Translations under genes and position numbers: made by a program
The notes under the pieces: model-generated
What the model saw: the letters and a program-made list of their open reading frames with translations, nothing else
Database searches by the model: none
Told to the model about the DNA's origin: nothing
Assembly (NCBI GenBank): GCA_031368215.1
Contig: JANLRD010000224.1
Location: 22,726-86,725 of the forward strand
DNA: 64,000 nucleotides
Reading direction: 5' to 3'
Source: Acidimicrobiia bacterium
GTDB lineage: Bacteria > Actinomycetota > Acidimicrobiia > Acidimicrobiales > JANYDT01
In this document: positions 1-8,870 of the stretch, one piece after another
Layout: every line of letters starts with the position of its first letter
Position numbering within the stretch: the first letter of the stretch is position 1

Positions 1-8
1 ATCCTCTC

Positions 9-1331
9 GTGACGATCTCGTCGCTTCTCTCGCCCGACATGCTCTCGGAGATCCGACGCGCCGCTGGTCCTCGCCGGGTCGGCCGGGTCAGTCGTCTGCT
101 CGGCATCCAAGTTGACGTTGTCGGCCTCGATGTCGCCATCGGTGACGCGGTGTCCGTGGAAGGCCCGCTCGGTTCGGTCGGCTGCGAGGTTGTCGCCGTG
201 CACGATCGATCGGCGACGTGCATGCCCTTCGGCAGCCTTCGCGGCGTGCGAATCGGTGCGCCGGCGGTGGCAACCGGAGGAGCCCCGACCATCTTCGCCG
301 GTCGACAGTTGCTCGGCCGGGTGCTCGATGGGCTGGGCCGACCGATCGATGGCCGCCCACTTCCGTCGGGACTCGAACGCGTCAGCGTTGCCGGATCGGC
401 CCCGCATCCGCTGCGTCGCCGACCCGTGAGCGAACAACTCTCCCTCGGCGTTCGGGTGATGGACACGCTTGTACCGTGCGGACGAGGCCAGCGCATCGGC
501 ATCTTCGCCGGATCGGGCGTGGGCAAGTCCAGCCTCCTGTCGATGATGATCCGCGGGACGGAAGCAGACGTGTCTGTGCTCGCGCTCGTCGGTGAACGTG
601 GACGCGAAGTGCAGGAGTTCATCGCCCGTGATCTGGGTCCGGAAGGTCTCGCCCGCTCTGTGGTCGTCGTCGCAACATCCGACGAACCACCGCTCGTTCG
701 CCTTCGGGCCGCGCTGACCGCGACGCGAATCGCCGAGTCGTTCCGTGATGACGGTGATGACGTGCTCCTGTTGATGGACAGCCTCACCCGTTTCGCCATG
801 GCTCAGCGTGAGGTCGGACTCTCCGCCGGTGAGCCGCCGGCGACACGAGGGTACCCACCCTCGACCTTCTCGCTGCTGGCCCAGCTGCTCGAGCGGGCCG
901 GGTCGGGCGAACGTGGCAGCATCACCGGCCTCTACACCGTGCTGGTCGACGGTGACGACATGAACGAGCCGATCGCCGACGCCGCGAGGTCCATCCTCGA
1001 CGGGCACGTCGTGCTGTCGCGCAAGCTCGCCACCGCCGGGCAGTTCCCCACCGTCGATGCCCTCGAGTCGATCTCCCGCGTGGCGCCGGCGATCACGTCG
1101 ACGGAGCAGCGCATGGCGGCCACAGAACTCCGGAGGATCATGGCGGCGCATCGCGACGCGAAGGATCTCATTGAGATCGGTGCATACGTGCCGGGATCGA
1201 ATCCGCTCGTCGACCGGGCCGTTCTGCTCGAATCGGCGACGAAGGCGTTCCTCGCCCAGGATCTGCACGAGAGTGTCTCTGCCGAGCACAGCTGGGGCGA
1301 GCTCGCGCGACTTGTCGGGGTCGGCTCGTGA
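9..1331 (+). CDS. fliI: Flagellum-specific export ATPase FliI
   Basis: 440 aa. Walker A motif GSGVGKSSLL, Walker B LLLMDSLTR, and F1/T3SS-ATPase-like sequence throughout. GTG start at 9, and the 3' end overlaps the next ORF (GTGA). Confidence 0.93.
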   Translation: MTISSLLSPDMLSEIRRAAGPRRVGRVSRLLGIQVDVVGLDVAIGDAVSVEGPLGSVGCEVVAVHDRSATCMPFGSLRGVRIGAPAVATGGAPTIFAGRQLLGRVLDGLGRPIDGRPLPSGLERVSVAGSAPHPLRRRPVSEQLSLGVRVMDTLVPCGRGQRIGIFAGSGVGKSSLLSMMIRGTEADVSVLALVGERGREVQEFIARDLGPEGLARSVVVVATSDEPPLVRLRAALTATRIAESFRDDGDDVLLLMDSLTRFAMAQREVGLSAGEPPATRGYPPSTFSLLAQLLERAGSGERGSITGLYTVLVDGDDMNEPIADAARSILDGHVVLSRKLATAGQFPTVDALESISRVAPAITSTEQRMAATELRRIMAAHRDAKDLIEIGAYVPGSNPLVDRAVLLESATKAFLAQDLHESVSAEHSWGELARLVGVGS

Positions 1332-1786
1332 AGCGCAACCCGTTCAGACTCGCCACCGTCCTGCGCGTTCGCCATGTGCAAGAGGACATCGAGCTCGGTC
1401 GTCTCTCCCTGGCACGGGCCGACGCTCGCCGTGCTGCCGATTGCGCGGACGTGTCGCTTGCCCGCTACCGCCGCCAGACGACCGATGGTCCATCCGTCGC
1501 GAGCACCGGGGCGTTCCTTGCCGATCGACTTCACGGTGAACGCCTCGCAGAGTCCGTCACCCAGGCGCGCGCCGACGTGGTGACCACGCAGCAGGTCGTT
1601 GCGGACCGCCGGGTCGACTGGTCCGTCGCCGCCCAACGCGTTTCGGCGCTCGTCCGTCTCCGCGATCGGCACAACGAAGCGTTCGCCGCCGAGGTGCTCC
1701 ACGAAGACGTCCTCGACGCCGACGAGCGCACCACCGCACGTCGCCATCTCCTCTCCTCTCCCAACGCCTCCGCGGAGTCCCGATGA
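1328..1786 (+). CDS. fliJ: FliJ-like flagellar export chaperone/stalk protein
   Basis: 152 aa, Arg/Ala/Glu-rich and helical in character. It sits immediately after fliI and is translationally coupled on both sides (GTGA, ATGA). The call rests mainly on position and composition. Confidence 0.55.
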   Translation: MKRNPFRLATVLRVRHVQEDIELGRLSLARADARRAADCADVSLARYRRQTTDGPSVASTGAFLADRLHGERLAESVTQARADVVTTQQVVADRRVDWSVAAQRVSALVRLRDRHNEAFAAEVLHEDVLDADERTTARRHLLSSPNASAESR

Positions 1787-3759
1787 ATGCAGCAAGCAAC
1801 CCCATCTCGACCATCACCGATCGGATGGCTTCGATCGAGGCGCGCTTCGGAACGCGACCACCGATGTCGGGCGCTACCGCGACGGCATCGGCGGCGGCGT
1901 CACGCGGACGGACGGGGACCGATGGCTCCGACTCGTCCTTCGGACAACTGGTCGACCGTCTGGTGTCGTCCTCGACGACCGGTGGGTCGGGTAACGCGTC
2001 GATGGCGCTTGCCGATGTTCTCGGACAGCTGCTGCAGTCTCGCGAAACGGCGCCGGTGGCAACCCGCGGCGCCGTGACGAGGGTCGAGAACCAGCCTGAT
2101 GGGACCGACCCGACCCTTCGATCGAGCGCCGGTGAACGTATCGTCGACCTCGCCTCGGAACACCTCGGCGTGCCCTACGTGTGGGGCGGCGAAGACCCGT
2201 CGGGGTTCGACTGCTCGGGGCTGGTGCAGTTCGTCTACGCCAAGCTCGGCGTCGATCTGCCACGTGTGTCACGAGATCAGGCCCAGGCGGGTCAACCGGT
2301 GGCGAGCCTCAGCGAAGCCGTCCCAGGCGATCTGGTGGCGTTCGGGACACCGGTCGATCACATCGGAATTTATGCGGGCAATGGCCAGATGGTCGTCGCT
2401 CCGCGAACCGGCGACGTCGTGAAGCTCCAGCAGATCCGCCGTGAGCCGGTGACCATTCGACGAATCCTGGCCACCGATGCCGGTGTCCCCTCGCCGTTCT
2501 CCGCAATCGGAGCGGGGGACGCAGCAACCGGATCCAACATGAAGTACCTCTCGCTGTTCTCTGCCGCCGAGGCGCGCTACGGAGTTTCGGCCGAACTCCT
2601 GGAAGCGGTCGCCAAGCAAGAGTCGCGGTTTGACGCGAACGCCGTCAGCCCGGCAGGTGCACAGGGACTGATGCAGCTGATGCCGGGCACTGCGCAAGCG
2701 CTCGGGGTGAACCCTTTCGATCCGGCCGAAGCCGTCGACGGGAGTGCCCGCCTTCTCAGTCAGCACCTCCGTCGCTTCGGGTCGGTACCGCTGGCGCTTG
2801 CCGCGTACAACGCGGGGCCGGGAGCGGTCGAGAAGTTCGGAGGGATTCCGCCCTACCGCGAGACGCAGGGCTATGTCCGCAAGATCATGGCCGACCTGGC
2901 CGACAGCGCCTACGGCGATGCGTCACCGGCATCGGCGTCGGGAATCGAGCGTTTGTCCGATCAGCCGACGCAGGTGCGCCGGTCGACTCCACTCTTCAGC
3001 GATGGCGCCGTCCCGAACGCCGGCATCTCGCGAGCAACCGGCATACTCCCGACGACGAACCGCCTCGCCGGCCCGGCAGCCGCGATCGCTGCGCTTGCTT
3101 CGCTGCCAGGACCGGGAACAGCCGCAGCGACCCGGTTCCTGGCGACCCCCACGGGACCTGTTGCCGCACCCGCGGCTGCCTCGACGGTGACGGCGACATC
3201 CACGGTGACGGCCGTCCCCCTTTCCAGCGTTCCTTCCCCGTCGATGGTCCCGGCGACGGCGAGTGGGGTTCCCGGGTTCACGCTTCCCGAAGGCAAGCTG
3301 GTTTCGCCGGCCAAGGGTGCCTGGGGTCCGAACACCCAGATGCAGATCACCAGCGTTGGTGGATCCAACACGACGAGCTGGTTGGAGTCGGGCCTCCTGG
3401 ACCCAGCATCTCCGGCCGACGTGGCGGCGATCGTGGCATCGGCCACGGGTCCGGTCGCCAAGGGTGTGCTGAAGATCCTGCAGAACGCAACCGCGGCGCA
3501 GCTGATCTCACCCGAGTTCCGCCAAACCCTCAACGACGTGAACCGCGACGCACTCGGACTTCCGGGCGCCCCCGATGTGATCCCCGTCCAGCCACCGGCT
3601 CCCTCCGCGGCGCCGGCGACCGCATCGGGTGCGGCCCCGGCCCCGGCGCCCGCGCCCGCTCCGTCGACATCGACACCGGCGGCGACAGCGGCACCGGCGG
3701 CGACAGCGGCACCGAGTCCGATCGCCCGAACACTCCTGCCTCTCACCCCCGCAAAGTGA
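1783..3759 (+). CDS. Flagellar-operon peptidoglycan hydrolase: NlpC/P60 endopeptidase fused to SLT lytic transglycosylase, with a Pro/Ala-rich tail
   Basis: 658 aa. The NlpC/P60 core reads GVPYVWGGEDPSGFDCSGLVQFVYAKLGV...GDLVAF...DHIGIYAGNGQMV. The SLT core reads AVAKQESRFDANAVSPAGAQGLMQLMPGTA...AAYNAGPGAV. The C-terminal ~250 aa are low-complexity P/A/T-rich. Confidence 0.85.
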   Translation: MNAASNPISTITDRMASIEARFGTRPPMSGATATASAAASRGRTGTDGSDSSFGQLVDRLVSSSTTGGSGNASMALADVLGQLLQSRETAPVATRGAVTRVENQPDGTDPTLRSSAGERIVDLASEHLGVPYVWGGEDPSGFDCSGLVQFVYAKLGVDLPRVSRDQAQAGQPVASLSEAVPGDLVAFGTPVDHIGIYAGNGQMVVAPRTGDVVKLQQIRREPVTIRRILATDAGVPSPFSAIGAGDAATGSNMKYLSLFSAAEARYGVSAELLEAVAKQESRFDANAVSPAGAQGLMQLMPGTAQALGVNPFDPAEAVDGSARLLSQHLRRFGSVPLALAAYNAGPGAVEKFGGIPPYRETQGYVRKIMADLADSAYGDASPASASGIERLSDQPTQVRRSTPLFSDGAVPNAGISRATGILPTTNRLAGPAAAIAALASLPGPGTAAATRFLATPTGPVAAPAAASTVTATSTVTAVPLSSVPSPSMVPATASGVPGFTLPEGKLVSPAKGAWGPNTQMQITSVGGSNTTSWLESGLLDPASPADVAAIVASATGPVAKGVLKILQNATAAQLISPEFRQTLNDVNRDALGLPGAPDVIPVQPPAPSAAPATASGAAPAPAPAPAPSTSTPAATAAPAATAAPSPIARTLLPLTPAK

Positions 3760-3766
3760 GGTCTTC

Positions 3767-5611
3767 ATGACACCAACCCTTCTCTCCGCCACCAGTCCGG
3801 CCTATCTCACCTCTACTGCGACCGCTTCAGACACGTCAGCTACGTCGGTTGACGGATCTGCTCTGTCCGCAACGGCGTCGGAGGAGTCGTCCGACGATCA
3901 CCGTGACGATGCTGTCCCGAGCGATTTCGCCGTGCTGCTCGCGGCGATGATGGCCCCGACGGTACCGTCGCCGTTGCGTCCCCGAGTGGAGCCTGCCGAC
4001 GCATCGAACGCGTCGGCTCCCGCGTCAGCGGTCGGAGGTGCTGTCGCGGCGGCGTCCCCCGGTTTGGTCAACCTCATCCCGATGTCGTCCTCGGGTGTCG
4101 GCACGTCAGGCGTGACCTCGATTGCGTTGGAGGTCGACCCCCTGTCACCGGCCAACGCCTCGACATCTGCACAGCTTGGCGCATCGGCGTCGACGCCGAG
4201 CACTTCGACGGACACGCTTGAAACTCAAGCACCGGGGGGTGCTGACCCGACGGTTTCCGCGAACGCGACGACTCAGCTGGAGGGAGCCGCTCCGAGCCGC
4301 GTCGACGAACTTACGGAGTCGGTGCTCGTGTCAGCGTCGATGACCGAGCGCGAGTCGCCCGCACCGTCTTTCGGTCTCGTTGCTCTCGACCGCCCCGTGT
4401 CACTGGGTCGAGGCGTGACCGTGCCGTTGGTTCGCGGTAGCGCGTCGCCGGTCGCCGGTGTGTCACTGCAGGCCGACGGCTCTTCCGCGCTCGTCGGTCC
4501 GGAGGTGGGGATTGCGTCGACGGAAGCACCATCGGCGCAGTCGGTTGCGCCCTCCTCCAATGACGCGGTCTCGGTGCTCGCCACCTTGGCGGCCGATGCG
4601 CTGACGGTTTCGGCCTCAGGGAATGATGCGGTCTCGGCGCTCGCTACCTTGCCGGCCGATGCGCTGACGGCTTCGCCCTCAGCGTCGCTGACCACGGCGC
4701 TCACGGCAAGGGTCATTCCTCGATCTCTCCACGATGAAGCGCTCGACGCGACTTCTGCCGCGAAGGGTGGAGACCCGATGCCCGTCGGGGCGGACGCGTC
4801 TGCCCCGACCGCTCCGGCCGCGGAGTCCCCGAACAGTGCGCCAGCCCAGAACGGCGTCGCCCTCGTGGCGACGACGGGACCGGGGCAATCGGGACGCGGC
4901 GCCGAACCGACCCGTGTCTCTCGGGACGAGCCGTCGGCAGGGAAGGCCAAGGACGAGACCCCCTCCGCCGTCGGGGTGTCTGCCGGAGCGAGCCCTGCGT
5001 CGCCGGCTGACCGCCCCGGCAGCGTGGAAGTGACGACTCCCCCGGTCGTCGAAGGCGTCCGACCGGGTGACACCTCGCAGCACATCGTTCGGGCGGCGTT
5101 GCGGGCCCAGGCCGCCGACGGAACGCAGCACATGCGCCTGGAGATGCATCCCGGTGATCTCGGGGCCGTCGCCGTTGAAGTGACGATCGAGGGCGGAGCC
5201 GTGCACGTGGCCATGGTCGCCGAGCGAGGGGAAACCAAGGACCTGCTCCGCTCGTCGATCGGGGAGCTGCGGTCCTCCCTCGTCGCCGCTGGATTCTCGG
5301 CCGGTCGGGTCGACATCCAGAGCGGCCTCTCCGACAGCCGCTTCGGCCACGCCGCTGATCGCCACGATGCGTGGAGCCAGTCGTTCGATCGACCCGACTC
5401 GCGTCGCGACCACTCCGGGGCGTTCTCGAACATGTTCGACCAGTCGAGCGCCCCCGGGGATCAGTCCCGGAGCTCGCGCCCCTTCGGCGAGGCCGGCGCA
5501 CTCCGCGATGCACTACCGCTCCGCGGAGCGCGCAGCAGCGACCGGCGGGAGCCCGACGCGGCGATCTCAACGAAGGGACCGCGTCGTGACCGACTCGATG
5601 TCCATCTCTAA
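3767..5611 (+). CDS. fliK: Flagellar hook-length control protein FliK
   Basis: ATG at 3767 follows a GTGAGG Shine-Dalgarno-like sequence. The first ~480 aa are S/A/T/P-rich and look disordered. The C-terminal FliK-type domain reads MRLEMHPGDLGAVAVEVTIEGGAVHVAMVAERGETKDLLRSSIGELRSSLVAAGF. The gene lies between the hydrolase and flgD. The upstream extension to 3629 is an Arg-rich overlap artefact. Confidence 0.75.
   Translation: MTPTLLSATSPAYLTSTATASDTSATSVDGSALSATASEESSDDHRDDAVPSDFAVLLAAMMAPTVPSPLRPRVEPADASNASAPASAVGGAVAAASPGLVNLIPMSSSGVGTSGVTSIALEVDPLSPANASTSAQLGASASTPSTSTDTLETQAPGGADPTVSANATTQLEGAAPSRVDELTESVLVSASMTERESPAPSFGLVALDRPVSLGRGVTVPLVRGSASPVAGVSLQADGSSALVGPEVGIASTEAPSAQSVAPSSNDAVSVLATLAADALTVSASGNDAVSALATLPADALTASPSASLTTALTARVIPRSLHDEALDATSAAKGGDPMPVGADASAPTAPAAESPNSAPAQNGVALVATTGPGQSGRGAEPTRVSRDEPSAGKAKDETPSAVGVSAGASPASPADRPGSVEVTTPPVVEGVRPGDTSQHIVRAALRAQAADGTQHMRLEMHPGDLGAVAVEVTIEGGAVHVAMVAERGETKDLLRSSIGELRSSLVAAGFSAGRVDIQSGLSDSRFGHAADRHDAWSQSFDRPDSRRDHSGAFSNMFDQSSAPGDQSRSSRPFGEAGALRDALPLRGARSSDRREPDAAISTKGPRRDRLDVHL
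4559..4684 (+). repeat. Tandem 2 x 63-bp (21-codon) in-frame repeat inside fliK
   Basis: Units at 4559-4621 and 4622-4684 (NDAVSVLATLAADALTVSASG / NDAVSALATLPADALTASPSA) differ at only a few positions. Confidence 0.8.
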
Positions 5612-5719
5612 CGCTGTTTGCTCGCGTTCGGCCCGGGTCCATCGAACCGCGGCCCACTGTCCCTCGACCGCACCCAACTCCTCACGACGGCTTCGCCGTG
5701 AAACGAAAGGTCCTCGTTC

Positions 5720-6244
5720 ATGATCACGAACACCGCTGCTCCATCTCCCGCACCCGCGGCCGCCGCCGGTTCGGCGAAACGTCCCTCCGCGGCCAAGCCG
5801 ACGACCGTGCCGAATGATCACATGGGCAAGGACGCGTTCTTGAAGCTGCTCGTCGCGCAGCTCAAGTATCAGAATCCGCTCAGCCCGATGGACGGCACCC
5901 AGTTCATCTCGCAGACGGCGCAGCTCACGATGACCGAGAAGCTCGAAGAGCTCTCCAAGCTCTCGGAGACCACCGTCCTCGATGCCAATCGCCGAACGGC
6001 ATCCGAACTCGTCGGCAAGACGATCTCCTACGACAACGGCACCAACGTCGTCGACGGCGTCGTCACCTCCGCCCGCATGAACGGCGGCAACCCGATCCTG
6101 ATGATCGGGCGTACGGAGGTCCCGCTCGGGTCGGTGCTCGAAGTCCGTGCCGCCCTCGCGGCGTCGGCTCCGGCACCCGCTGGGGCTCCCGCTCCCGCAC
6201 TCTCTCCGGCCCCCGCTGGGGCTCCCGTCGTCAGTGCCGCCTAG
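5720..6244 (+). CDS. flgD: Flagellar hook capping/assembly protein FlgD
   Basis: 174 aa with the conserved FlgD N-terminal motif KDAFLKLLVAQLKYQNPLSPMDGTQFISQTAQL. Confidence 0.9.
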   Translation: MITNTAAPSPAPAAAAGSAKRPSAAKPTTVPNDHMGKDAFLKLLVAQLKYQNPLSPMDGTQFISQTAQLTMTEKLEELSKLSETTVLDANRRTASELVGKTISYDNGTNVVDGVVTSARMNGGNPILMIGRTEVPLGSVLEVRAALAASAPAPAGAPAPALSPAPAGAPVVSAA

Positions 6245-6350
6245 ACGCACTCGCTGATCGCCCCACTCTTCGTCGGTCGCATCCTCGGGTGCGTCGGCAC
6301 ACACGTCTCCCCACCAAATCTTCCAGCAGCACCCCTATGAAAGGATCCAC

Positions 6351-7628
6351 ATGCTTCGTTCCATGTTCTCCGGCGTTTCCGGACTCCGGAGCCATCAGAC
6401 AATGATGGACGTCATCGGCAACAACATCGCCAACGTCAACACCGTTGGCTACAAATCGAGCTCCGTCGTATTCCAGGACATGCTCAGCCAGAAGCTCTCC
6501 AGCGCCGGTGTCCCCACGGCGGGCGCGGGTGGTCTCGGCGGCACCAACCCGTCGCAGGTCGGTCTCGGCGTCAAGATCGGGGGGGTTGTCACCTCGTTCC
6601 GCCAGGGTGCTTCGCAACTGACCGGCAACTCGACCGATATCTCCATCCAGGGCGATGGCTTCCTGCTCGCGAGAAACGACGGGCAGACGCTCTTCACCCG
6701 AGCCGGCGCGCTCTCCTTCGATGCCTTCGGACGCATGGTCTCGCCCGATGGCGGCATCATCCAGGGCTGGACGGCCGACACCAACGGTGCGGTGAACACC
6801 AATGCCGGCGTGGCCGACCTGGTGATGCCGCTCGGTCAGGCCATCAGCCCGCAGGTGACCTCGAAGATCAGCTTCGGCGGCAACCTCGACGCCACCATTC
6901 CGACGACGCTTCCCGGTCCGGAGGTCCTCACGACCATCACCGTGTACGACCAACTCGGCAAATCGCTCGACCTCACCTTCGGGATGAAGATGACCGCCGC
7001 GAACACCTGGGCGGTGCAGCCCTACACCCCCGACGGCGCCGACGCCGACACCACCCCCGACGTCCTCGGCGCGGCCTTCACGGTCACCTTCGACCCGGCG
7101 ACCGGGAAGATCACGGCGCCGGCAACGCCGCCGACCATCACCATTCCGCCGACGTTCGGCACGTATTCGGGGCCGGTCACGATCGATCTCGGCTCGGCAT
7201 CGGCCGATGGGTTGCGCCAGTTCGCCGGGAAGTCGACGGCGGCCGCGCTGTCGCAGGACGGTGCAACGACCGGTGCGCTGCAGACCTTCGGCATCGGAGC
7301 CGACGGCACCGTGACGGGCATCTTCTCGAACGGCCGCAACCGCGTCATCGGGCAGATCGCCATGGCCTCGTTCTCGAACCCCTCGGGTCTCGAGAAGGTC
7401 GGCGGCTCGTTCTATCGGCCGACGCCGAACTCCGGTCTTGCCCAGATCGGCGTCTCCGGTACCGGTGGACGCGGATCGATTGCCGGCGGCACGCTCGAGA
7501 TGTCGAACGTCGACCTGGCCCAGGAGTTCACCTCGTTGATCTCGGCCCAGCGCGGCTTCCAGGCGAACTCCCGAGTCATCACGACCGCCGACGAATTGCT
7601 GCAGGAACTCGTCAACCTGAAGCGGTAA
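6351..7628 (+). CDS. flgE: Flagellar hook protein FlgE
   Basis: 425 aa. The N-terminus MLRSMFSGVSGLRSHQTMMDVIGNNIANVNTVGYK and C-terminus LEMSNVDLAQEFTSLISAQRGFQANSRVITTADELLQELVNLKR are typical of flagellar rod/hook family proteins. Confidence 0.93.
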   Translation: MLRSMFSGVSGLRSHQTMMDVIGNNIANVNTVGYKSSSVVFQDMLSQKLSSAGVPTAGAGGLGGTNPSQVGLGVKIGGVVTSFRQGASQLTGNSTDISIQGDGFLLARNDGQTLFTRAGALSFDAFGRMVSPDGGIIQGWTADTNGAVNTNAGVADLVMPLGQAISPQVTSKISFGGNLDATIPTTLPGPEVLTTITVYDQLGKSLDLTFGMKMTAANTWAVQPYTPDGADADTTPDVLGAAFTVTFDPATGKITAPATPPTITIPPTFGTYSGPVTIDLGSASADGLRQFAGKSTAAALSQDGATTGALQTFGIGADGTVTGIFSNGRNRVIGQIAMASFSNPSGLEKVGGSFYRPTPNSGLAQIGVSGTGGRGSIAGGTLEMSNVDLAQEFTSLISAQRGFQANSRVITTADELLQELVNLKR

Positions 7629-7661
7629 CTGCTCTATCGGTGGAGAGGTAGTGCGAGCTCA

Positions 7662-7684
7662 CCGGTCGATCGCGTTTCGACCGG
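7662..7684 (+). terminator. Candidate stem-loop downstream of flgE (no U-tract)
   Basis: Perfect 8-bp stem CCGGTCGA / TCGACCGG with a 7-nt loop, 34 nt after the flgE stop and inside a 206-nt gap. No T-run follows, so its function (attenuator, stabiliser or nothing) is uncertain. Confidence 0.3.
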
Positions 7685-7834
7685 GGGCTCGCTCACCTCG
7701 CGCGCCGTGCTCAGGATGCCCATGGGCCGGGCTCGGTGGAGTGCGCAGGTATCGGCCCCTCCGACCGATGGGACTAGGTGAGACCCTCGGGTTCTCCTAC
7801 ACGGATTGTTCATTGGACCAAGGAAGGCCCATTC

Positions 7835-8089
7835 ATGATTATCGTCTCGCGACTGAACGGTCACGAGTTTGCACTCAACTGCAACCTCATCGAAAAAGTC
7901 GAGGCCAACCCCGACACCGTCATCACGCTGATCGACGGTACGAAGTTCGTCATCGCCGAGAGCGTTGACCGCGTGATCGAGCTCGTACGCACGTACCAGG
8001 CGTCGATCATCGCGGCGACCGACGAATTCACTGGACGGACGACGGGCCGCGGCCATCTCCAGCTGGTCAGCCCCGCTGAGGAGAACTAG
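7835..8089 (+). CDS. flbD: Flagellar protein FlbD
   Basis: 84 aa. MIIVSRLNGHEFALNCNLIEKVEANPDTVITLIDGTKFVIAESVDRVIELV matches the FlbD family pattern. AAGGAAGG lies upstream of the ATG at 7835. The gene sits between flgE and motA, as in Bacillus- and spirochaete-type operons. Confidence 0.85.
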   Translation: MIIVSRLNGHEFALNCNLIEKVEANPDTVITLIDGTKFVIAESVDRVIELVRTYQASIIAATDEFTGRTTGRGHLQLVSPAEEN

Positions 8090-8091
8090 TC

Positions 8092-8868
8092 ATGGATCCG
8101 TTCACCCTCGCTGGCATCCTGCTGGCATTCGCCGCCGTGATCCTCTCGATGATCATGGAAGGCGGCGACCCGGCAGCGATGTTCCTCATCCCCCCGATGA
8201 TCCTCGTTTTCTTCGGCACGTTCGGCGTGGCGATGGCCTGTGGTCTCAAGCGAGACACCATCAGCGGTCTCAAGTCCATCAAGACTGCACTTCTCACGAA
8301 GGCGCACTCGCCGGAAGAGACGGTCAAGGCCATCGTGGGTTTCGCCGAGCTCGCCCGACGTGACGGGCTGCTCGCGCTCGAAGAAGCGGCCAAGACCATT
8401 GACGACCCCTTCCTCAAGAAGGGCATCGAATTGGCCGTCGACGGCACCGACCCGGAGGAGCTTCGCGAGATCCTCGAAGCACAGATCAAGTCCCGCAAGA
8501 CCCAGGACAAGGCGGGCGCGAAGTTCTTCGCGGACATGGGCGGCTTCGCTCCGACGTTGGGCATCATCGGAACCGTTCTCGGTCTCGTCCACGTGCTCGA
8601 GAACCTCTCCGATCCGAGCAAGCTCGGCCACCTCATCGCCGGTGCATTCGTGGCGACGCTATGGGGCGTCATGTCCGCCAACCTCATGTGGCTGCCGATT
8701 GGCAACAAGCTCACGCGTGTCGGGGCGGTCACTGCCCACCACATGGAGCTCGTCCTCGAGGGCGTGCTCTCGGTACAGGCCGGTGCCAACCCCCGCATCG
8801 TCGAGCAGAAGCTCCTCTCCTTCCTGAACGACGACGAGCGTCCCGAGGAATCCGCCAAGGCGGCCTAG
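8092..8868 (+). CDS. motA: Flagellar stator protein MotA
   Basis: 258 aa, a MotA/TolQ/ExbB-type channel with four hydrophobic segments and a conserved C-terminal half (GTVLGLV...AFVATLWGV..ANL.WLPI). Confidence 0.92.
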   Translation: MDPFTLAGILLAFAAVILSMIMEGGDPAAMFLIPPMILVFFGTFGVAMACGLKRDTISGLKSIKTALLTKAHSPEETVKAIVGFAELARRDGLLALEEAAKTIDDPFLKKGIELAVDGTDPEELREILEAQIKSRKTQDKAGAKFFADMGGFAPTLGIIGTVLGLVHVLENLSDPSKLGHLIAGAFVATLWGVMSANLMWLPIGNKLTRVGAVTAHHMELVLEGVLSVQAGANPRIVEQKLLSFLNDDERPEESAKAA

Positions 8869-8870
8869 TC

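Noticed and set aside
932-1795. Antisense or alternative-frame ORFs across the flagellar operon (e.g. 932-1795 -, 4273-5433 -, 5567-6304 -, 15894-17243 -, 18051-19292 -).
   Set aside because: Each overlaps a gene with clear family motifs on the + strand. Their translations are low-complexity R/P/S/A-rich, as expected from GC-rich non-coding frames.
3675-3712. An 18-bp tandem duplication (ccggcggcgacagcggca x2) at the end of the peptidoglycan-hydrolase gene, with similar short P/A-coding repeats in flgD and the alpha/beta hydrolase.
   Set aside because: These are ordinary low-complexity Pro/Ala linker slippage repeats with no independent feature implied.
3629-3766. N-terminal extensions suggested by the ORF track: fliK from 3629, motB from 8661, flhF from 17863, flbD from 7778, enoyl-CoA hydratase to 44421, ccmH to 62205, ccmG to 62671, DUF3499 to 57475.
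   Set aside because: The extensions overlap the preceding gene, are Arg/Pro-rich and lack homology-like sequence. Internal starts with Shine-Dalgarno-like sequences or start/stop coupling give proteins of family-typical length.
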